A stretch of 64,000 bases of DNA from an uncultured bacterium. Its GTDB lineage: Bacteria; Oederibacteriota; JAAXVQ01; JAUVAV01. Where the stretch lies: the NCBI GenBank assembly GCA_963710755.1, contig CAVQBK010000003.1, positions 885,211 to 949,210 of the forward strand, read 5' to 3'. Shown here in pieces: positions 58,503 through 64,000 of the stretch. Below the pieces are notes generated by a model. That model saw only the letters and a list, made by a program, of their open reading frames with translations. It was not told where the DNA came from and did no database searches. Position 1 is the stretch's first letter; every line of letters begins with the position of its first letter. The translations under genes and the position numbers were made by a program.

Positions 58503-60845
58503 ATGGATCTTTTCGATAAGGCTTTTGAGTTTAATCGCCCCCAAGAGGTGATGGACCTGGGCCTTTATCCCTATTTTCGAATGAACGAGACCGCGGTGGA
58601 TACGACCACCATCATGAATGGCCGCAAAACCGTGATGATCGGATCCAATAATTACCTGGGATTAACCGCGCATCCGGAAGTTAAGGAAGCGGCCATGAAA
58701 GCTGTGGAGAAATACGGTACCGGTTGTACGGGTTCGCGCTTCCTGAACGGTACCATTGATCTGCATGTGGAATTGGAAGAAAAGCTGGCCAAGTTTATGA
58801 AAAAAGAGGCTGCTTTGGTTTATACCACAGGTTTTACCACCAATCAGGGCGTAATCTCCACTTTGGTACAGCGGGGCGATGTGGTCATATCAGACCGTAC
58901 CAACCATGCGTCTATTCTGGACGGATGCCGTCTTTCCTACGGCAAACTGATTAAATTCCGTCATAATGATATGGAGGATCTGGAACGTATTTTAAAAAGC
59001 CTGGAAGGCAAAGATGTGGGGAAATTGATTGTGGTCGATGGCGTATTTTCCATGGAAGGCGATCTGGCTGATCTCCACCATATTGTACCCTTGGCTAAAA
59101 AATACGGCGCCCGGCTTATGGTGGATGAAGCCCATGGCTTGGGAGTGCTGGGTAAACGGGGCCGTGGCACCTGTGAGGAATTGGGGGTGCTGGATCAGGT
59201 GGATCTAGTCATGGGCACCTTCTCTAAGTCTTTTGCCAGTCTGGGTGGTTTTGTGGTAGGGGAAAAGAAAGTCATCAGCTACCTCAAACATACGTCACGA
59301 GCTTTTATCTTTCAAGCTGCACCGCCACCATCGGCTGTGGCGGCGGCCTTGAAGGCTCTGGAAATTCTGCAACGCGAGCCGGAACGGCTGACTAAATTGA
59401 AAGAAAACGTGTCCTACATGCTCAAAGAGATCAAGGCTGCCGGGTTTAGAACCTGGCCGACCGAGTCGGCTATTATTCCCATCATTGTTGGCGATGATCT
59501 CAAAACCTTCCAATTTTCCAAAATGCTCGAGATGGAAGGCGTCTATGTTAATCCTGTAGTCTCGCCCGCCGTACCTGCGGGATTCTCGGCTTTGCGAACT
59601 TCCTATACTGCCAAACATTCCCGGGAAGAGCTGGATTTTGCCTTGGAAAAATTAAAAAAAGTCGGTAAAGCCTTGGGCCTGATTGGGCCCAATGCGCCGG
59701 GCGCACCTGTAGATGTGATCCCGGTCACCAGCAGCAGCAAGGATAAAGAAAAAAACAAACGGTTGCAAAAGCAATTCATCCAATTGCCCTGGACTATTTA
59801 CAAGCAGGATCCTCATTGGGTGCCGCAGGTGATTTCCGATGCAGAACGCATTTTTGACAAAGAGGACAACATTTTTTATAAACACGGTGATGCCCAAGCC
59901 TTTGTGGTTCGACGGGGTGACAAGGTGGTGGGGCGTATTGTGGCGGCTATTGATTATCGAGCCAATGACCAGCTCAAGGAAAAAGCAGGGTTTTTCGGAT
60001 TCTTTGAGGTCGATCATGATGTTAATGCGGCCCAGGCCCTGCTTCAAGCAGCACGAGATTGGCTGACTGAGCGGCATATGACCGTAATGCGAGGGCCCAT
60101 GCCCTTTTCGTCCTTCGACGGGCTGGGTTGCCTGGTAGAAGGCTTTGAGGCTGGGCCGGCCATTATGATGCCCTACAATCCGGCTTATTACGCCGAGTTT
60201 TTTGAAAAATTCGGGTTGGAAAAAAAGCAGGATTTGTATGCCTACTGGATCGATGCGCGCAAGTCCTTGTCGGACCGCTTGGAAAAGCTGGCCATACGCA
60301 CTGAGGAAAAAGAAGGGGTTAAAGTACGTCGTCTGCGGGCCAGTCGTTTTCGCAAGGAAATGGCCAATATTATGGACATCTTTAATGATGCCAACAGTCA
60401 GGACAAACAGTACATTCCCCTAAGCCACAATGACCTGACCTTTTTAATTGCCAAGTTGAAACCAGTGATAGAACCGGAATTGGTGCATTTCGTGGAAGTA
60501 GATAAAAAGCCGGTAGCCTTCTCCGTCATTCTGCCTGATTACAATCAGGTGCTTAAGAAGATCGACGGCAAGATCGGTGTCACCAACTGGCTCAAATCTA
60601 TTTTCTATTCCAAGCAGATTAACAGCGTTCGTTTTGCCATGCTGGGTGTGCGTAAAGCTTATCGACGTCGCGGCTTGGAAACGCTCTTGTATGTAGAATC
60701 TTTTAAAGCAGCCAAGGCCTTGGGCTACACAGGAGGGGAATTGTCCTGGGTACCTCAGGAAGACAAAGTAGTCTCCAAAACCATTGAAAAAAACGGCGGG
60801 CAGCATACCAAAACCTACCGGCTTTATGAAATTTCCATTGCCTGA
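58503..60845 (+). CDS. Two-domain protein: N-terminal PLP-dependent alpha-oxoamine synthase (AONS/serine palmitoyltransferase family) and C-terminal GNAT/FemAB-like (BioF2-like) acyltransferase domain
   Basis: The N-terminal roughly 395 aa carry ..GSNNYLGL.., ..DEAHGLGVLG.. and ..GTFSKSFASLGGFV.. (PLP-Lys). The C-terminal roughly 380 aa resemble BioF2-like/FemAB-like N-acyltransferase domains (..FFGFFEVDHD.., ..FAMLGVRKAYRRRGLETLLY..). An ATG at 58503 is preferred over the upstream GTG. Confidence 0.7.
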   Translation: MDLFDKAFEFNRPQEVMDLGLYPYFRMNETAVDTTTIMNGRKTVMIGSNNYLGLTAHPEVKEAAMKAVEKYGTGCTGSRFLNGTIDLHVELEEKLAKFMKKEAALVYTTGFTTNQGVISTLVQRGDVVISDRTNHASILDGCRLSYGKLIKFRHNDMEDLERILKSLEGKDVGKLIVVDGVFSMEGDLADLHHIVPLAKKYGARLMVDEAHGLGVLGKRGRGTCEELGVLDQVDLVMGTFSKSFASLGGFVVGEKKVISYLKHTSRAFIFQAAPPPSAVAAALKALEILQREPERLTKLKENVSYMLKEIKAAGFRTWPTESAIIPIIVGDDLKTFQFSKMLEMEGVYVNPVVSPAVPAGFSALRTSYTAKHSREELDFALEKLKKVGKALGLIGPNAPGAPVDVIPVTSSSKDKEKNKRLQKQFIQLPWTIYKQDPHWVPQVISDAERIFDKEDNIFYKHGDAQAFVVRRGDKVVGRIVAAIDYRANDQLKEKAGFFGFFEVDHDVNAAQALLQAARDWLTERHMTVMRGPMPFSSFDGLGCLVEGFEAGPAIMMPYNPAYYAEFFEKFGLEKKQDLYAYWIDARKSLSDRLEKLAIRTEEKEGVKVRRLRASRFRKEMANIMDIFNDANSQDKQYIPLSHNDLTFLIAKLKPVIEPELVHFVEVDKKPVAFSVILPDYNQVLKKIDGKIGVTNWLKSIFYSKQINSVRFAMLGVRKAYRRRGLETLLYVESFKAAKALGYTGGELSWVPQEDKVVSKTIEKNGGQHTKTYRLYEISIA

Positions 60846-61057
60846 TTGGGGTTTATTGCTAAAAAGCTCATGGGCATGAAAGCTTTCCATGGTGCGGTAC
60901 ATGTCATAGGCAATATGAAAAAAATATTTCCAGGGTAACGGCTATTTGTCCGGTGCCGAGGGGAAGCCTGTATCCTGCGCTGCAACATCTCTTTTCACCG
61001 ACATGAAATCTTGGATCTACCGCCACCACCGTAGGCTCTATAACATGAGGAGCGTCT

Positions 61058-61747
61058 ATGAAAATCGTTGGCCTGGCCGCTTCGCCGCGGCGACAGGGTA
61101 ATACGCACCGGCTTTTGGCGTACTTTCTTGACAGCTGCAGCCGGCTGGGAGCACAAACTACATTTTACAGCACCTGTGACTATCGCGTGGACTTTTGCCG
61201 GGCCTGCGAGCAGTGCATGCGTCGCGGCGACTGCCCGGTGCCAGATGATTACCTGCCCCTGCTACCCGCGATTATGGAAGCCGATGCCTTGGTGTTGGCC
61301 ACCCCCAATTATGCCTTTGACTGGTCCGGTCAACTCAAAACGGTTATTGATCGCAGCCATGCTTTTCTTTATTATACCCAGGCCTTAAAGGGCAAGTACG
61401 GTGTGGGTATTTGCGTGGCCGGCCATCCGGCCATGAGCAAAGCCATTGCCAAGCGGTGCGGCCAAGCGGTCTGGTTATGCGGAGGGGCCTATGTAGGCGC
61501 CTTGACCGGTATTTCCAAACACCGTGATAAAAAAGGATTTATCCACGAAAAAAAAGTCTATGCCCAAGCAGATAAAATAGCCCAACGCCTGGTTCATGCC
61601 ATTCAAACTCACCGGCCCTATGGCCTCCAACAATGGTTGCGTGAAACCTTCATTGTTTCCAAATTAAAAAAAATATTTACCCGACGGCAACAGGAATTTC
61701 CTTATGTCTATCAGCGTTTGTGCCAAAGCGTGAAGTACCAGGATTAA
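61058..61747 (+). CDS. Flavodoxin-like NAD(P)H-dependent FMN reductase / iron-sulfur flavoprotein family protein
   Basis: MKIVGLAASPRRQGNTHRLL (flavodoxin-like fold) with a Cys cluster, CDYRVDFCRACEQCMRRGDC. Confidence 0.6.
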   Translation: MKIVGLAASPRRQGNTHRLLAYFLDSCSRLGAQTTFYSTCDYRVDFCRACEQCMRRGDCPVPDDYLPLLPAIMEADALVLATPNYAFDWSGQLKTVIDRSHAFLYYTQALKGKYGVGICVAGHPAMSKAIAKRCGQAVWLCGGAYVGALTGISKHRDKKGFIHEKKVYAQADKIAQRLVHAIQTHRPYGLQQWLRETFIVSKLKKIFTRRQQEFPYVYQRLCQSVKYQD

Positions 61748-61881
61748 CCTGGTGCCCAGGAGAAGCGCCTGGGGAAGTTATTTTTTCCTGGCCAATCGGG
61801 AAATAGCTTTGTAAAGTGAATCTGATTTAAGCGGCCTTGTCAGGAGAGACACCAGCAACCATCGGGAGGAAAAAAACCATG

Positions 61882-62745
61882 AACATCCGGCTATCTGTAG
61901 CAGGGCTTTTTTTACTGGCTTTTTTCGGCGGACTTTCAGTAGTACAAGGGGAAGAATCGCAAACCAATGGGTCTGGTCCCTGGGATCGGGAATTGATTAT
62001 TCAGATTAACCTGGCGCAAAACAGTTTTGATAACTGGGTGAGCGGCGGCGACAATGCCCTGACCTGGCAAGGGCTGATAAGAGGTCATCTCAATTACAAC
62101 CAAGACGCTTGGAGCTGGAAGCAGCGTACTCGGCTTGTATACGGTCAAACCCAGGTGAACAATGACGCTGTGAAAAAAAACGGCGATGAAATCATGGTGG
62201 AGGAAATGGGAACTTACCGCTTGAAATCTTGGCTGACGCCCTTTATGGCGGTCAAATGGCAAACTCAATTTACGGAAGGCTACGATTACAGCCAGACACC
62301 GGCCGTGGCCGTCTCGAATTTTATGGATCCCGGGTATCTGACGGAAAGCATTGGACTCAGCTATGAAATAAAAAAAGTTTTTTCCACCCGCCTGGGTTTT
62401 GCAGCCAAGCAAACCTTTGCCAACCAATTTGCCGCTCTATATAGTGACCGCAAAGACACCACTCAGGTGGAACAGGTAAAAAATGACTTGGGTATGGAAT
62501 CCGTGACCACCGTAGCCTGGCAACTCGACGATCACACGCTGTTGACCTCGGGTCTGACTTTGTTTTCATCGCTGGATGCCATTGACCGCACTGATGTGAA
62601 TTGGGAAAATCAACTGGTGGCTCAACTCAACAGTTTTTTGAATGTCAATTTCAGTGTCGATCTGGTCTATGACCATGATATCTCCGCCAAACGTCAGCTC
62701 AAGGAAATTTTGGGCCTGGGCCTAACCTATACCCTGATTAAGTAG
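61882..62745 (+). CDS. Outer-membrane beta-barrel protein (DUF3078-like)
   Basis: The start at MNIRLSVAGLFLLAFFGGLSVVQG is preceded by GGAGG. It has alternating-hydrophobic beta-strand character and a C-terminal ...GLTYTLIK. Confidence 0.5.
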   Translation, partial: NIRLSVAGLFLLAFFGGLSVVQGEESQTNGSGPWDRELIIQINLAQNSFDNWVSGGDNALTWQGLIRGHLNYNQDAWSWKQRTRLVYGQTQVNNDAVKKNGDEIMVEEMGTYRLKSWLTPFMAVKWQTQFTEGYDYSQTPAVAVSNFMDPGYLTESIGLSYEIKKVFSTRLGFAAKQTFANQFAALYSDRKDTTQVEQVKNDLGMESVTTVAWQLDDHTLLTSGLTLFSSLDAIDRTDVNWENQLVAQLNSFLNVNFSVDLVYDHDISAKRQLKEILGLGLTYTLIK

Positions 62746-62758
62746 TTTTTTTTAAAAG

Positions 62759-63787
62759 CTAAGGCAGACGCTGGGAGCCGTGGAGATGTTGAAGGACCTC
62801 CTGATAACGGCGATGCAAGGATTGGTAGCGTTGAGCCTCGGCCGGGAAATGTTCCTGATAAATAGCCAAGGCCCGGCGGAACAAGCTGGCCGCCTCGGAC
62901 CATTGGTTCTGGCTGGAAAAAATAGAACCCAAGAGCTCCATATCCTGAGCCACCCGGGGATGCAATTTACCGCGGTAGTCCTGGTCAAAGGTGAGCAATT
63001 GTTCTGCAAGTGGCCGGGCTTGCTGGAAACGCCGATCTTGCACATAGAGACTTACCAGATTAAACAGAGACTGGCTGTAATTCTCAACGTTCATTATGGG
63101 CGCGGCTACACTGAGTAATTGAAAGCGCCGGGTGGCCAGGGCGATGGCCTCCTTGAGACGGTTTTGGCGACGGTAGATATTTTCCAAACTTAAAAGATAA
63201 CTGTTTAACTCAGGATGATTTGGACCCAACCGTTTTTCCTGCTCCTGCAGCAGGGTTTGGTATAATGACTCAGCCTGTTTATCTTTGTTCTGAGCTTCAT
63301 AAATAACGGCCAAGTTAGACATGACCTCCAGCAGTAACGGATGGTGGGCCGGAAACTGGGCGGTAATTATGCTCAAGCCCCGCTGGCCATAGGCCTCAGC
63401 CTTGCCATAATGGCCTTCATAACGAAGCAATTCGGACAGTCGCAGACACAATAAGCCCACTTGGGCATGCGTGGGGCCAAGGCGCATTTCTTCAGCTGTC
63501 AGCATCTGATAGAGCACCGCTTCTGCCTGCGGGTATTGTCCGGTAATGGAGTAAAGAAAAACCAGATTATTCATGGCCAAGTCCACATAAGCCTGGTCCT
63601 CGGCAAACAGGGTTCGGGCCAGGTCCAGGGATTGCCTGGCCAGGGCAATGGATTGCTGGTAATGGCCCTCGTGAAAGGCTTTGGCTGTGTCGCGGTTTAT
63701 TTTATTCCATTGCTCAAAGGGGGTGCAACCAACCATGATCATGGTTAAAGTCAGAATTAATGCTGGAAATAACCTGATTAAGCGCAT
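62759..63787 (-). CDS. Secreted tetratricopeptide-repeat (TPR) protein
   Basis: 342 aa with an N-terminal signal/anchor (MRLIRLFPALILTLTMIMVGC) followed by at least 6 TPR-like repeats (..YQQSIALARQSLDLAR.., ..YGKAEAYGQRGLSI..). Confidence 0.7.
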   Translation of the reverse strand: MRLIRLFPALILTLTMIMVGCTPFEQWNKINRDTAKAFHEGHYQQSIALARQSLDLARTLFAEDQAYVDLAMNNLVFLYSITGQYPQAEAVLYQMLTAEEMRLGPTHAQVGLLCLRLSELLRYEGHYGKAEAYGQRGLSIITAQFPAHHPLLLEVMSNLAVIYEAQNKDKQAESLYQTLLQEQEKRLGPNHPELNSYLLSLENIYRRQNRLKEAIALATRRFQLLSVAAPIMNVENYSQSLFNLVSLYVQDRRFQQARPLAEQLLTFDQDYRGKLHPRVAQDMELLGSIFSSQNQWSEAASLFRRALAIYQEHFPAEAQRYQSLHRRYQEVLQHLHGSQRLP

Positions 63788-64000
63788 GCCTGCTCCTGGA
63801 CGGAAAACTTGGCCCCTTCAATTAGACGCTGAGCATCTGTATTCCTAGGGTCGGCCATAACCCGGTCTTGAGTTAAGCTTTTGGGATTAAGGAAAATTAA
63901 AGAAAATTAAAGAAAAAGGTCAATGACGCTCATAAAATACTTGACTAAAAACCCGGCCTTGAGTATATTACTGTCTCTTTTGTCAGGAACGGTCGTCCCG

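Overview
This 64-kb window is a chromosomal segment from a GC-rich (about 55-60% GC) Gram-negative bacterium. A C-terminal secretion-domain-like protein and a DUF3078-type outer-membrane protein hint at an FCB-group lineage such as Bacteroidota, Chlorobi or a relative, but this is not established. Four blocks are visible. (1) Positions 1-6260 are markedly AT-rich and look like accessory DNA. This block holds a GT39/ArnT-like membrane glycosyltransferase that runs off the window start, two tandem paralogous secreted repeat proteins (one frameshifted), an array of about seven 88-bp tandem repeats, and a two-gene cassette (DinD/Bro-N-like gene plus GxxExxY PD-(D/E)XK-like gene) bracketed by structured repeat elements. 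(2) Positions 7148-31052 are a roughly 24-kb surface-polysaccharide/LPS biosynthesis locus. It carries two initiating polyprenyl-phosphate sugar transferases, two Wzy/O-antigen-ligase-like proteins (one fused to a SAM methyltransferase), a Wzx flippase, and GT2, GT4, GT9 and GT-C transferases. It also carries an epimerase and an NDP-sugar pyrophosphorylase. The locus is interrupted by an IS1182/IS5-like insertion sequence that carries a DUF559 endonuclease passenger and a nonsense-mutated transposase. A low-GC Fic gene follows the insertion sequence. (3) Positions 31077-35865 are a sulfur-related block: a divergent GloB-like metallo-beta-lactamase hydrolase, a RuBisCO-like protein fused to a cupin domain, an SQR-like flavoprotein, a TusE-type protein and a DsrE-like protein. 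(4) The remainder is housekeeping: acpS, nagA, mazG, an NlpC/P60 lipoprotein, maf, a YyaL-like protein lacking the CXXC motif, ppiD-like, mreBCD-mrdA-rodA, a radical-SAM/DUF2344 fusion, rng, cysE, a CPBP protease, a ferritin-like protein, an alpha-oxoamine-synthase/acyltransferase fusion, a flavoprotein, an outer-membrane protein and a TPR protein. No rRNA, tRNA or CRISPR array was recognised. All calls come from reading the sequence and the ORF translations by eye. No database search was run.
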